Positions 38,325-48,847 are shown, numbered from the stretch's first letter. The stretch is DNA of 53,815 nt from Bacteroidales bacterium (GCA_027028505.1 JALVJE010000229.1:1-53815), one strand, 5' to 3'. Made by a program: numbers and translations. Notes: generated by a model from the letters alone, not told the origin.

Positions 38325-40475
38325 ATGCCAAAAAAGAAAAAGAACAAACAATATAAAAAAGAGTTGAAAGACCGGAACACGCTGAAAAACAAGATCACAG
38401 GGATCTTTTCCAACAATCCGACACGGACCCTCAACTATAAGCAGGTAGCCGGGTTACTGAACATGACCCATAAGGATGAGAAGAAAGAGATAGAAAAGAT
38501 CCTGAAAGAACTGAAAAAAGAGAACAAGGTAGAAGAGATCCATCCGGGCAAATACAAGTTCAAGAGTCGGAGCGGTTTCATCACCGGCACGGTGGACATG
38601 ACCGCTTATGGCAATGCCTATGTGGTGAGCGATGATCTGGAGGAGGATGTGTATGTCAGCGAAAATAACCTGCATCATGCCCTCAACGGCGATATCGTGA
38701 AGGTCTATCTCTTTGCCCGCCGCCGCGACCGCCGGCTTGAAGGCGAGGTGGTGGAGATCCTGGAGAGAAAGCGCAAGACCTTCGTGGGCATCGTGGAGAT
38801 CACGGGCCATTATGCTTTCCTGATCCCCGACAACCGGCAAATGCCGTATGATATCTTCATCCCCCGCTCTAAGCTCAACGGGGCGAAAAACGGACAGAAA
38901 GCCATCGCCCGCATCACCAAATGGCCGGAGAAAGTAAAAAATCCTTTTGGTGAGATCGTCGAGGTGCTGGGAGATGCAGGGGATCACGAAACAGAGATCC
39001 ATGCCATCCTGGCCGAATTCGAACTGCCCGCAAAATTCTCCCCGGCGATCGAGGAGGCGGCAAAGCAGATCCCCGATGCGATCCCCCGTAAAGAGCTGGA
39101 GAAAAGGAGGGATTTTCGTAAGGTGACCACCTTCACCATCGACCCGGCTGACGCCAAGGACTTTGACGATGCCCTGTCCATCCGTTTTCTGAAAGACGGC
39201 ATGGTGGAGGTGGGCGTGCACATCGCCGACGTGACCCACTATGTGAAGCCGGGGACGATCCTCGACCAGGAAGCTTACGACCGGGCAACGTCGGTGTATC
39301 TGGTCGACCGGGTGGTGCCGATGTTGCCGGAGCACCTCTCCAACGGGGTCTGTTCCCTTAATCCGCACGAGGACAAGCTCACCTTTTCGGCTGTCTTCAA
39401 AATGACACCCGATGCCAAAGTGACCGAGAGCTGGTTCGGCAAAACGGTGATCAACTCCGACAGGCGTTTTGCCTATGAGGAGGCCCAGGAGATCATTGAG
39501 ACGAAGAAGGGTGATCTGGCGAAAGAGATCCTGACCCTGCACAGGCTGGCACAGATCCTCCGGAAAAGGCGTTTTCAGATGGGATCGCTGGACATCGAAC
39601 GGGTGGAGGTGAAATTCGACATTGATGAGAAAGGCACACCCCTGGGGGTCTTCTTCAAGGTGAGCCAGGAGGCCAACCAGCTCATCGAGGAGTTCATGCT
39701 ACTGGCCAACCGCCATGTGGCGGAAAAGGTAGGTAAGAGGATGAGCAGTGGCGGGAAGAAAAAAGTGTTCGTTTACCGGGTGCATGACAAGCCCAAAGAG
39801 GATAAGCTGGAGAGCTTCACCCGCATTGCCGCCAAGCTGGGATATGAGGTGCATACCGAAAGCCGGAAGGCCCTCTCACAGTCAATGAACAAACTGATCA
39901 AGGAGGTGGTGGGCAAGCCGGAGCAGAACCTCATCGAGACGCTGGCACTGCGGGCCATGGCCAAGGCGGTCTATACCACGAAGAACATAGGACATTACGG
40001 GCTCGCCTTTGATTATTATACCCATTTCACCTCCCCCATACGGCGGTATCCCGACATGATGGTGCATCGCCTGCTGGAGAGGTACCTCGAAGGAGGTAAG
40101 TCGGTGGACCAGGAGGAGTACGAAGGGAAATGCCGGCATGCCTCGGAGATGGAGCGTAAGTCGATCGATGCCGAAAGGGCCTCTATCAAATACAAACAGG
40201 TGGAATATCTGGCCGACAAGGTGGGGCATGTGTATGACGGCATCATCGCCGGCGTCACCGACTGGGGCATCTACGTGGAGATCAACGAAAACAAATGCGA
40301 GGGGATGATCCCCATCCGTGAACTGGAAGGGGATTTCTATGAGCTGGATGAGGAGAACTTCACGATCATAGGCCGCCGGAAAGGCCGCCGTTTTCAGTTG
40401 GGCGATCCCATTCGGGTGCAGATCAACCGGGTGAACCTGGAAAAAAGACAGTTGGACCTGTTGCTGGCGGAATAA
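38325..40475 (+). CDS. rnr: Ribonuclease R
   Basis: TIDPADAKDFDDA, IEEFMLLAN, YTHFTSPIRRYPD, cold-shock and S1 domains. Confidence 0.97.
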   Translation: MPKKKKNKQYKKELKDRNTLKNKITGIFSNNPTRTLNYKQVAGLLNMTHKDEKKEIEKILKELKKENKVEEIHPGKYKFKSRSGFITGTVDMTAYGNAYVVSDDLEEDVYVSENNLHHALNGDIVKVYLFARRRDRRLEGEVVEILERKRKTFVGIVEITGHYAFLIPDNRQMPYDIFIPRSKLNGAKNGQKAIARITKWPEKVKNPFGEIVEVLGDAGDHETEIHAILAEFELPAKFSPAIEEAAKQIPDAIPRKELEKRRDFRKVTTFTIDPADAKDFDDALSIRFLKDGMVEVGVHIADVTHYVKPGTILDQEAYDRATSVYLVDRVVPMLPEHLSNGVCSLNPHEDKLTFSAVFKMTPDAKVTESWFGKTVINSDRRFAYEEAQEIIETKKGDLAKEILTLHRLAQILRKRRFQMGSLDIERVEVKFDIDEKGTPLGVFFKVSQEANQLIEEFMLLANRHVAEKVGKRMSSGGKKKVFVYRVHDKPKEDKLESFTRIAAKLGYEVHTESRKALSQSMNKLIKEVVGKPEQNLIETLALRAMAKAVYTTKNIGHYGLAFDYYTHFTSPIRRYPDMMVHRLLERYLEGGKSVDQEEYEGKCRHASEMERKSIDAERASIKYKQVEYLADKVGHVYDGIIAGVTDWGIYVEINENKCEGMIPIRELEGDFYELDEENFTIIGRRKGRRFQLGDPIRVQINRVNLEKRQLDLLLAE

Positions 40476-40484
40476 ACGAAAGCT

Positions 40485-41093
40485 ATGAGCCTCTCTTCCC
40501 TGCATGATCCCAAAGAGGTGATCCGCCGGAAGATCATCCGGGCGGCCAGCGAGGTCTTCGGACGCTATGGCTACCGCAAGACCACCGTCGAGGATATTGC
40601 CCGCCAGCTGCACATGGTCAAGAGCTCCCTCTATTATTACTTCAGGGGCAAGGAGGATATCTTCAATGCGGTGGTGCATTGTGAGGCCAAGCAGATCCGG
40701 AAACATCTTTCGGCAGTGCTGGAACAGAACGACGATCCGCGGACCCGCCTCCGGAAGTACATCCTGGTGCGGATGAAAGCCCTGAATGCCATCGCCCGGC
40801 GTTATCCCTCGATCTTCGATCCCTCCCTGACCCATTATGATTTTATTGAGCAGATCCGGAGAAAATACGACCGGTCGGAGCAGATGACCATCCGCCGTAT
40901 CCTGCAGGAGGGGATGAGCCGGGACGTCTTTTATGTGCAGGACCCCGGCCTGGCAGCCACCGTGATATGCACAGCCATGAAAGGCCTGGAGATCCCGCTG
41001 TTCTGGCGCAGCAAGGACGGGAAGGAGTTCCACCATGTGGACAATCTCCTGCATTTGCTGTTTTACGGGCTGGTGAAACGCAATATCACCTGA
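40485..41093 (+). CDS. TetR/AcrR family regulator
   Basis: HTH TTVEDIARQLHMVKSSLYYYF. Confidence 0.92.
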   Translation: MSLSSLHDPKEVIRRKIIRAASEVFGRYGYRKTTVEDIARQLHMVKSSLYYYFRGKEDIFNAVVHCEAKQIRKHLSAVLEQNDDPRTRLRKYILVRMKALNAIARRYPSIFDPSLTHYDFIEQIRRKYDRSEQMTIRRILQEGMSRDVFYVQDPGLAATVICTAMKGLEIPLFWRSKDGKEFHHVDNLLHLLFYGLVKRNIT

Positions 41094-41179
41094 TCACCGG
41101 AAAGGAAAAGATAGCGGTGTGGAGGAATGATTTACCGGAAAAAATTATATTTTTAACGTTCAAACCAAATGAAAGACCT

Positions 41180-41611
41180 ATGAAAACACTGTTTGTGATC
41201 TCTTTCCTGTTGTCTGCCTATGCTCTGCAGGCGCAGAACGCCGATGTCATCCTCGGGAAATGGTACAACGAGGAGAAAGATGCGATCATCAACATCTACA
41301 AGGAGAACGGTAAGTATACCGGCAAGATCGTCTGGCTGAAAGAACCTTACGAGAATGGCAAACCCAAAGTGGACGACAAGAACCCCGACCCGAAACTGGC
41401 AACCCGCCCGGTAATGGGCCTGAAACTCTTCTGGGGTTTCCGTTACGATCCCGAGGAGAAGCAGTGGACGGACGGACGCATCTATGATCCCAAAAGCGGC
41501 AAAACGTACGACTGCTACATGTGGATGGAAGGGAAAGACCTCAAGATCAAAGGATATGTCCTGGGGATGAAATTCCTCGGCCGCAAGACCACCTGGACAA
41601 GAGCGGAGTAA
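41180..41611 (+). CDS. DUF2147 family exported protein
   Basis: ATG 41180. Signal peptide, GKW, DDKNPDP, GRIYDPKSGKTY, GRKTTWTR. Confidence 0.88.
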   Translation: MKTLFVISFLLSAYALQAQNADVILGKWYNEEKDAIINIYKENGKYTGKIVWLKEPYENGKPKVDDKNPDPKLATRPVMGLKLFWGFRYDPEEKQWTDGRIYDPKSGKTYDCYMWMEGKDLKIKGYVLGMKFLGRKTTWTRAE

Positions 41612-41757
41612 GTTCATAGTTCACAGTTCACAGTTCACAGTTCATAGTTCATAGTTCACAGTTCATAGTTCAAAGTGGATCAACTCTGAACTGAGAACTG
41701 AGAACTGAGAACTTTGAACTGAGAACTTTGAACTGAGAACTTTGAACCGAGAACTAC
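41611..41757. repeat. Head-to-head heptamer arrays (AGTTCAH x9, then GAACTNN x10)
   Basis: The two arrays are approximate reverse complements and fill the whole gap between two convergent stop codons. Confidence 0.88.
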
Positions 41758-43211
41758 TTCCAGTTCCATTCGTATCCTCCGGGCACATCTTTTACGATGA
41801 TGCCCAGGCCGGCGAGGAGGTCGCGTATCCTGTCAGCCGTTTCGAAATCCTTTTTCTTTTTGGCATCCATGCGGATGTCGAGGATCAGCCGGATGAGATC
41901 GTCGGTGTGGCTTTCCACAGCCGGTTTCTCTTCTTTTTTCAATCCCAGGATATCGAATACAAAGGTGTTGTAAAGGTCTTTCATTTTTGTCAGGGCCTCC
42001 TCCGTGAGGGATCCTTTGCCGGAGGCGATGAGGTGGATGTTCTTCACCCCCTCAAAAAGATGGGCGATCAGCACCGGCGTGTTGAGGTCATCGTCCATGG
42101 CCTCATAGCATTTTTGTTTCAGCACCTCGACATCATAGGTGTTCTCTGTTCCGGGCCGGATCTTTTCGAGGGTCTCCATGCCGTCGAAGAGTCGTTCCAT
42201 GCCTTTCTCTGCGGCCTGTACAGCCCTGTTGGAGAAGTCAAGGGTGCTGCGGTAATGGGCCTGCAGGATGAAGAAGCGGATGGCCATGGGCGAATAGGCC
42301 TTCTCCAGCAGACGGTGGCTGCCGGCAAAGATCTCGTTGAGAGAGATGGCGTTGCCCAGCGACTTGCCCATTTTCTGGCCGTCGATGGTGATCAGGTTGT
42401 TGTGCATCCAGTAACGCACCGACTCTTTGCCGAGAGCGGCCGTCGACTGGGCGATCTCACACTCATGGTGCGGGAAGAGCAGGTCCATGCCGCCGCCGTG
42501 GATATCGAAGGTGTCCCCCAGGTATTTGGTGCTCATGGTGGAGCATTCGATGTGCCAGCCGGGATAACCTTCACCCCACTGGGAGGGCCATTTCATGATG
42601 TGGGAAGGGGAGGCTTTTTTCCAGAGGGCAAAGTCGTAGGGATGACGTTTTTCCTCCTGTCCTTCCAGCTCTCGCGTGTTGCTGATCATATCCTCGAGCT
42701 TACGGCCTGACAGCTTGCCATAGTGGTGGTCGCGGTTGTATTTTTCCACGTCAAAATATATCGAGCCGTTCGACTCATAGGCATAGCCGTTCTCCAGGAT
42801 CTTCTCCGTGAAGATCTGCTGCTCGATGATATGTCCCGAGGCATGGGGCTCTATGCTGGGAGGCAGCGTGTTGAGCTGCTCCATGTTCTTATGATAGCCG
42901 TTGGTATAGCGTTGCACGATCTCCATGGGCTCCAGCTCCTCCAGACGGGCGCGTTTGCCGATCTTGTCCTCGCCGAAATCGGCATCGTTCTCCAGGTGCC
43001 CCACGTCGGTGATGTTGCGTACATAACGCACCTTGTATCCCAGATGCTGCAGGTAGCGGAAAAGCAGGTCAAAGGTGATGGCCGCACGGGCATGCCCGAG
43101 ATGGGCATCACCGTATACGGTGGGACCGCACACATACATCCCCACATGGGGCGGGTTGAGGGGCTTGAACTCTTCCTTTCTGCGCGTAAGCGTGTTGAAT
43201 ACCTTCAGCAT
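41754..43211 (-). CDS. cysS: Cysteinyl-tRNA synthetase
   Basis: CGPTVY, HLGH, PGWHIEC, FPHHECE, KMGKS. ATG 43211; TATTTTTG at 43239-43246. Confidence 0.98.
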   Translation of the reverse strand: MLKVFNTLTRRKEEFKPLNPPHVGMYVCGPTVYGDAHLGHARAAITFDLLFRYLQHLGYKVRYVRNITDVGHLENDADFGEDKIGKRARLEELEPMEIVQRYTNGYHKNMEQLNTLPPSIEPHASGHIIEQQIFTEKILENGYAYESNGSIYFDVEKYNRDHHYGKLSGRKLEDMISNTRELEGQEEKRHPYDFALWKKASPSHIMKWPSQWGEGYPGWHIECSTMSTKYLGDTFDIHGGGMDLLFPHHECEIAQSTAALGKESVRYWMHNNLITIDGQKMGKSLGNAISLNEIFAGSHRLLEKAYSPMAIRFFILQAHYRSTLDFSNRAVQAAEKGMERLFDGMETLEKIRPGTENTYDVEVLKQKCYEAMDDDLNTPVLIAHLFEGVKNIHLIASGKGSLTEEALTKMKDLYNTFVFDILGLKKEEKPAVESHTDDLIRLILDIRMDAKKKKDFETADRIRDLLAGLGIIVKDVPGGYEWNWK

Positions 43212-43324
43212 GATCCTTGTCTCTTTTATTTGGAAGTGCAAAAATACGAAAATGAACGGAGATGTGTCCCAACGAAGCGCATTAGTTCAGCTAATTCTTG
43301 GCTCCGTGATGCGTAAACCGGGAT

Positions 43325-43359
43325 AAAAAAATAAAGCCAGGTGTTTTTGACGCCTGGCT
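43325..43359 (-). terminator. Intrinsic terminator after the lactonase gene
   Basis: AGCCAGGCGT/ACACCTGGCT hairpin followed by TTATTTTTTT on the minus strand. Confidence 0.65.
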
Positions 43360-43428
43360 GCCCTGAGTGACTCAAGTATATGTGGAAGATTGCCTGTACC
43401 ACATAAAGATCAAATACTGTGCCAAAAG

Positions 43429-44571
43429 TCACTTCACGGGCACAAAAACAGCACATACCGGTTTGGGGACGAAGATGTCAACGCCGGTAGGCTGCAGCGA
43501 ACCGTCCTTGTTCCTCCGGAAAAGGGCCATGTTGCTGGTATCCTGGTTGAGGACGAGCAGGAATTTTCCCGAAGGGTCCAGGGTGAAGAAACGGGGCGTC
43601 TTTCCTCCGCAGGGCCAGTTGCCTCGCAGGACGGGCCTGCCGGCTTTCTCGATACGGAAGAGGGAGATACTGTTGTGACCCCGGTTGGAGGCATAAATGT
43701 ACTTCCCGTCGGGGGTCATGACCAGCTCGCCGCCGGTGTTGCCGGTGGCGTCGGCTCCGGCCGGCAGCAGGGAGACCGTCTCACGGAGGGACCAGGGACT
43801 TTTGGGTCCGGGACGGCTGAAATGGACGAGTGCGTATCCCATCTCCAGCAGGACATACAGGTGTTTTTGATCGGGTGAGAAGACCAGGTGACGGGGGCCT
43901 CCCCCCGGGGGGGTAGAGAGGAAAGGCGGATCGGCAGGGACCGGTTTTTCGCTGCCACGGAGAGTGTAGCGGAAGACCTTGTCCAGCCCCAGGTCGGGGA
44001 CATAGAGGAGATCGCCGGAAGGAGCGATCACCACCTCATGGGGATGGGGCCCCCGCTGGCGGGAGGCGTCGGGGCCGTGGCCTTCGTGCTTCAGGATGGC
44101 ACTGTGGGGCTGGATGCGGCTGTCCTCCGTGACGGGAAAGACGGTGACGTTGCCTCCGCTGTAGTTGGCCGTGAAAAGGGTGGTGCCGTCGGGTGAGAGA
44201 CAGAGATGACAGGGGTCATCCCCGTCGGTGGGTTGAGAGGAGATCAGCGTGAGATGACCGTCAGGACGGTTGATGTAAAAGGAAGAGACCCCTCCCTGGC
44301 GGTTGCCCAGCTCATTGACGGCAAAGAGATACCGGGCCCCGGCATCGGTGATGAGGAAAGAAGGGTTTTTAACCCCTTTGGTCACATCCACATAAGTGAT
44401 CCTGCCGGTTTGTGTGTCGAAACGGTAGAGGTAGATCCCTTTCCCGCCCTCCTTCCAGGTGGTGTAGGTGCCGATGTACATTAGATATTCCTGTGCGACG
44501 GCTGTGGAGGCTGCCAGAAAAGATGCTGTTGCAAAGAATGCCATGGTAATGTGCTTAAAGAATTTGTTCAT
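43429..44571 (-). CDS. Exported lactonase, 7-bladed beta-propeller (6-phosphogluconolactonase/YkgB family)
   Basis: Signal peptide; YIGTYT, NPSFL, ANYSGG, PHPH, DLGLD, GPRH, SNRG, PRFF. Confidence 0.9.
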   Translation of the reverse strand: MNKFFKHITMAFFATASFLAASTAVAQEYLMYIGTYTTWKEGGKGIYLYRFDTQTGRITYVDVTKGVKNPSFLITDAGARYLFAVNELGNRQGGVSSFYINRPDGHLTLISSQPTDGDDPCHLCLSPDGTTLFTANYSGGNVTVFPVTEDSRIQPHSAILKHEGHGPDASRQRGPHPHEVVIAPSGDLLYVPDLGLDKVFRYTLRGSEKPVPADPPFLSTPPGGGPRHLVFSPDQKHLYVLLEMGYALVHFSRPGPKSPWSLRETVSLLPAGADATGNTGGELVMTPDGKYIYASNRGHNSISLFRIEKAGRPVLRGNWPCGGKTPRFFTLDPSGKFLLVLNQDTSNMALFRRNKDGSLQPTGVDIFVPKPVCAVFVPVK

Positions 44572-44596
44572 GATGATATGAAAACATTAGGGTTTG

Positions 44597-45274
44597 TCAT
44601 TGAGGGTCATTGTGAAGGATCATTTCCGCCACCTTCAGGTCGAAGGCGGTGGTGATCTTGATATTGCGATCTTCCCCTTCGACCAGATGGATCTTCACTC
44701 CCATACGTTCCGCCACGGTGGCTTCGTCGGTGAAGGCCGGATCGTAGGGTTGCCGGAAGGCCTCTTTCAGCAGGCGGGTGGGGAAGATCTGTGGGGTCTG
44801 TATGCTGCGGTAGCGGTTGCGGTCGACAGGGCGGTTGCCGTCATCCGTCACTTCGCGGAGGGAGTCATGGACAGCTGTCGCCGGTACGGCGTTGCCTTTC
44901 TCGCGGGCAGCCGTGAAGGTCCGTTCCAGCAGCTTGCGGCTGACGAGGGGACGGCTGGTGTCGTGGACCGCCGTAAGGCCACCGTCTTCGGCCAGGAGCA
45001 GCCCGTTGGCTACCGAGTGAAAGCGCGTTTCCCCGCCCGTGGTGATCTGATAGTCGATAGAGGGTTGCAGGGTGCGGGATACTTTCTGCCAGTGACCGGT
45101 CCAGTCGGGATGCAGCACCAGGATGATCTGCAGCGACGGGTCGTAGCGGTGGAAGGCCAGGAGGGTGTGCCACAGCACAGGGACCTCCCCCAGTGGGAGG
45201 AACTGTTTGGGCAGTGGCCCGCCCAGACGGCGCCCTTCGCCGCCGGCCACGATGATCACGGTATCCCTGCTCAT
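44597..45274 (-). CDS. ispD: 2-C-methyl-D-erythritol 4-phosphate cytidylyltransferase
   Basis: VAGGEGRR, PKQF, GGETRFHSV, VHDTSRP, QTPQ, TDEA, NIKITT. Confidence 0.93.
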   Translation of the reverse strand: MSRDTVIIVAGGEGRRLGGPLPKQFLPLGEVPVLWHTLLAFHRYDPSLQIILVLHPDWTGHWQKVSRTLQPSIDYQITTGGETRFHSVANGLLLAEDGGLTAVHDTSRPLVSRKLLERTFTAAREKGNAVPATAVHDSLREVTDDGNRPVDRNRYRSIQTPQIFPTRLLKEAFRQPYDPAFTDEATVAERMGVKIHLVEGEDRNIKITTAFDLKVAEMILHNDPQ

Positions 45275-45281
45275 GGCCGGC

Positions 45282-46931
45282 CTACTGGTATTTGAAACGC
45301 TTGATGTTTTTCTTGGGCGTGCGCTGGAAATCCTCTTTCATGATCTCCACCTTGTGGATCTGCATGAAGGAGGCCAGCTCTTTGTTGACTTCACGCCGTA
45401 CACCGTCCATCACCTGCGGCAGCTCCTCTTCGGAGATGTTCCGGGCTTTGACCACGTCGGCGTCGGGAAGGATCAGCGCCACGATGCGGTTGTCGCGGTT
45501 TACCGCCAGCGAGTCGGCCACCAGCGGGTGGTTGTTGATCACCGCCTCGATCTCCTCAGGGTAGATGTTCTGCCCAGAGGGCCCCAGGATCATGTTCTTG
45601 CTGCGGCCGCGGATGAAGATGTTCTGCTCCTTGTCCATGGTCCCCAGGTCGCCGGTGTGGAGCCAGCCGTCAGCCTCCAGCACCTGGCGTGTGGCCTCCT
45701 CGTTCTTGTAATATCCCTCCATGACATTGTCGCCGCGTACCAGGATCTCACCGGCTTCGTGTTCGGGATCGGAGGAGTCGATGCGTACCTCCAGCGTGTC
45801 CACCGGCCGGCCGCAGGAAAAAAGCTTGCGGTCGTTCCAGGGAGCATAACTGATCAGCGGACCACATTCGGTCATGCCATAGCCCACTGTGAAAGGAAAG
45901 CGGATCTTGTTGAAGAAAATCTCCGCCTCGGGGTTGAATGCCGCCCCGCCGATGACGATCTCGTGGAAGTTGCCACCGAAAGTCTCCACCAGCTTTTTCC
46001 GGATGGTGTTGTGGAGGATACTTTTGAGACCTGGGATCTTCAGCATCGTTTTCATTGAGGGTTTCTCCAGGGTGGGGAGCAGTTTTTTCTTGTAGATCTT
46101 CTCGATGACCAGCGGTACCGAAAGGATGAGACGGGGTCGTATCTCCGCAAAGGCTTTGGTGATGATCTGCGGCGAAGGCGTTTTGGTCAGGAAGGTGATG
46201 TGACATCCCAGCGTGAAGGGGAAGAGGAACTCAAAGGCACAGCCATAGGCGTGGGCCAGGGGCAGGAAGGAGACGATGCGGTCGCCGGCCTCCAGGGGCA
46301 TGTGATGGTGGGCAAAACGCACATTGGCGGCCAGTGAGTTGTGGGAGAGCATCACCCCCTTGGAGTTGCCGGTCGTTCCGGAGGTGTAGCTGATCACAGC
46401 CAGCTTGTCGTTGGTGATCTCCGGCAGGGCAAAGTCCTCCCGCCGGAACCCTTCGGGGTATTTCTTCTGAAAGAGGTCATCCCAGCCTGTAACGATATCG
46501 CCGGCCTTTGGGTCACGGGCCTCCAGGAGGGCAAAGTCCTCCACGCCGATCACTGCCCGGATGGCCGGGAAGGTCGCGGGATCGAGCGGCTCGTAAAGCG
46601 ACTTTTCGGAAAACAGCAGAACAGAATCGGAATGGGCGATGAGGTTCTGTACGTCCGAAGGCCGGAAATCGGGAAGCAGGGGGACGATGACAGCCCCGTA
46701 GGTGACGGTGGCCAGGTAGATCACTCCCCAGTGGACCGAGTTCTTGCCCAGCAGGGCGATCTTGTCCCCTTCGCGGATGCCGGTCTCCCGGTAAAGAAGA
46801 TGGATGCGGGCGATCAGGGTGGCGATCTCACGGTAGGTAAAATCGTCTCCCTGGTAATTGGAAAGGGCTTTGATGTCCCATCCTTTTTCGATGCCGTTGC
46901 GGATAAAACCTGTGAGTGTTTCTTTGATCAT
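45282..46931 (-). CDS. Long-chain fatty acid-CoA ligase (AMP-binding)
   Basis: YTSGTTGNSKG, GYGMTE, WLHTGD, GQNIYPEEIE. Confidence 0.92.
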   Translation of the reverse strand: MIKETLTGFIRNGIEKGWDIKALSNYQGDDFTYREIATLIARIHLLYRETGIREGDKIALLGKNSVHWGVIYLATVTYGAVIVPLLPDFRPSDVQNLIAHSDSVLLFSEKSLYEPLDPATFPAIRAVIGVEDFALLEARDPKAGDIVTGWDDLFQKKYPEGFRREDFALPEITNDKLAVISYTSGTTGNSKGVMLSHNSLAANVRFAHHHMPLEAGDRIVSFLPLAHAYGCAFEFLFPFTLGCHITFLTKTPSPQIITKAFAEIRPRLILSVPLVIEKIYKKKLLPTLEKPSMKTMLKIPGLKSILHNTIRKKLVETFGGNFHEIVIGGAAFNPEAEIFFNKIRFPFTVGYGMTECGPLISYAPWNDRKLFSCGRPVDTLEVRIDSSDPEHEAGEILVRGDNVMEGYYKNEEATRQVLEADGWLHTGDLGTMDKEQNIFIRGRSKNMILGPSGQNIYPEEIEAVINNHPLVADSLAVNRDNRIVALILPDADVVKARNISEEELPQVMDGVRREVNKELASFMQIHKVEIMKEDFQRTPKKNIKRFKYQ

Positions 46932-46958
46932 CTCTTTGGTGTTTTGAGCAGGGCCGGT

Positions 46959-47357
46959 CTATCCGTACAGAGTCCGTATATTGCTCCATAACAGGATATA
47001 AAATCCGGCGGTTAACAGGTGAAAAATAGTAAAAAAATAGTTGTAAACCGACCGTTTCCTGCGGATCTTCCTGCGGGCCAGCATGACCGCCGAGGGCAGC
47101 ACAAGGGTGACGAGCAGGAGCAGGGAAAGGGTGTTGGTGAAAAAGTCCTCCAGGGAATGCGGGTAAAAAGCCAGAAAATAGAGAAAGGCAAAGAGGACGA
47201 GCAGATAAAGCAGGTAGCTTATTTTCAGTAAAAGGTAAGAGGTCTTGTGACGGCGGTGGGGCAGGTAAGGACGCAGCAGCACCCCCGCCAGAAAAAAAAC
47301 AAGGGCCTCGCCCGCGATCATCAGGACCCTCAGGAAGATATGCGTACCGGTAGCCAT
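46959..47357 (-). CDS. Hypothetical membrane protein (4 TM segments)
   Basis: 132 aa with four hydrophobic segments separated by basic loops; co-oriented just upstream of the ligase. Confidence 0.65.
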   Translation of the reverse strand: MATGTHIFLRVLMIAGEALVFFLAGVLLRPYLPHRRHKTSYLLLKISYLLYLLVLFAFLYFLAFYPHSLEDFFTNTLSLLLLVTLVLPSAVMLARRKIRRKRSVYNYFFTIFHLLTAGFYILLWSNIRTLYG

Positions 47358-47431
47358 AAGCCGGAAGGATTGATCACACCAAGATACGAAAAATTAGGAT
47401 TGGGAAATAGTGCTTGAATGCGTGAATGATT

Positions 47432-47459
47432 CCCGTCCGGCCAAGACCGTTCGGACGGG
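47432..47459. repeat. CCCGTCCG-type REP-like hairpin
   Basis: CCCGTCCG...CGGACGGG inside a GAATGATT octamer array. Confidence 0.75.
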
Positions 47460-47510
47460 GAATGATTGAAACGGTGCTCCATTCAATCTTTAAACTTTTC
47501 TTTAAAATCT

Positions 47511-47566
47511 ACCTATTTAAATAGGTATTTTAATAGGTAATTAAATAGGTTTTTAAATACCTATTT
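47511..47566. repeat. 12-bp periodic AT-rich repeat
   Basis: ACCTATTTAAAT AGGTATTTTAAT AGGTAATTAAAT AGGTTTTTAAAT ACCTATTT; includes the perfect palindrome ACCTATTTAAATAGGT. Confidence 0.7.
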
Positions 47567-47775
47567 TTGGAGTTGTTGCTTTTAAGTCTTTTTCCCCTTT
47601 TTGATTTCCTTCTTTGCGTCCGTTGCGGGAAACTTTGCGGCCTCTGCGTGAAGCCTCTCATTCAGAAATCAGCAATCAAAAATCAGAATTCAAAATTCAT
47701 CATTCCCTGCTGTCAGGCATTATACCACTGATCCATATTCCCTTTATAAAATTAGTCTGGAAACCCGATAGGTGA

Positions 47776-48759
47776 TCAGACTCCGTCCTTATGGTTTTCC
47801 TTGTGGTTCCATACCAGGGCGCTGGCGCCCAGCACGGCAGCATTCTGGGTATTGAGTTTGGAGGGGAGGAGCTTGACCTTCCCGCGGTAGATGGACAACA
47901 GGTTCTGCTCCATGTGGCGGCGCGTGGGCTCAAAGATCAGATCGCCGGAGAGGGTGAGTCCCCCGAACAGAAAGATCGCCTCGGGGTTGGTGTGGGCCAC
48001 CACATCGGCCAGCTTGTATCCGAGCATCTTGCCAGTATGTTCAAAAGCGGCCAGTGCCACCTTGTCCCCTTTTTTGGCTGCGGCGCTGATGTCGGCGGCT
48101 GTGAGCTCGTTGAAGCTCATATCGCGCAGTTCGCTCTCGTCGATCATGTCTCCCAGCAGCTTGAAGACGGTCCGCTTGATGCCGGTGGCCGACACATAGG
48201 TCTCCAGACAGCCTTTTCGTCCGCACGCACACTGCCGGTTGCTCTCGCCGGGACGGATGGAGGTGTGACCTATTTCGCCGGCAAAGCCGTCGGCGCCGTA
48301 CAGCAGCTCACCGTTCACAACAAATCCGCTGCCCAGGCCTGTGCCCAGGGTGATGACCACAAAGTTCTTCATCCCTTTGGCGCCGCCGTAGATCATCTCT
48401 CCGATGGCGGCAGCGTTGGCGTCATTGGTGACGATGATCGGCAGATCGGTGTATTCCCTGAAAAGATCTGCAAGGGGAATGATGCCCTTCCACGGCAGAT
48501 CGGCCGCATATTCTATGGTGCCTTTGTTGATGTTGCCCATGGGGGCTCCTATACCGATTCCTTCGACATGGACCTTCTCGTTCAGCGATCGCAGGGCCAG
48601 CCGTACCTTTTCGTTGAGAGCGGCCAGGAAAACCTCTATCTCCCCGTAATCGCGCGTTTTCATCTTCCCTTCGGCCAGAAATTTCCCCTGCTTGTCCACA
48701 ATGCCGAACACAGTATTGGTTCCCCCGATATCTATTCCGATAGCTACATTTTTTTTCAT
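47776..48759 (-). CDS. ROK family sugar kinase
   Basis: GIDIGGT, NDANAAA, TLGTGLG, EIGH, CACGRKGCLE. Own TATCTTTG at 48793-48800. Confidence 0.93.
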   Translation of the reverse strand: MKKNVAIGIDIGGTNTVFGIVDKQGKFLAEGKMKTRDYGEIEVFLAALNEKVRLALRSLNEKVHVEGIGIGAPMGNINKGTIEYAADLPWKGIIPLADLFREYTDLPIIVTNDANAAAIGEMIYGGAKGMKNFVVITLGTGLGSGFVVNGELLYGADGFAGEIGHTSIRPGESNRQCACGRKGCLETYVSATGIKRTVFKLLGDMIDESELRDMSFNELTAADISAAAKKGDKVALAAFEHTGKMLGYKLADVVAHTNPEAIFLFGGLTLSGDLIFEPTRRHMEQNLLSIYRGKVKLLPSKLNTQNAAVLGASALVWNHKENHKDGV

Positions 48760-48847
48760 CGATCGTAAAATTGGTGTCTGCGTTTATGTACGCAAAGATA
48801 GGTATTTTGTTACCCCTGTGTGGTATTCACGACCTTCGTGGGAATAG

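Noticed and set aside
41611-41757. Possible CRISPR array (also considered 31046-31108 and 25549-26000)
   Set aside because: Units are 7 bp with no unique spacers, and no cas genes are present.
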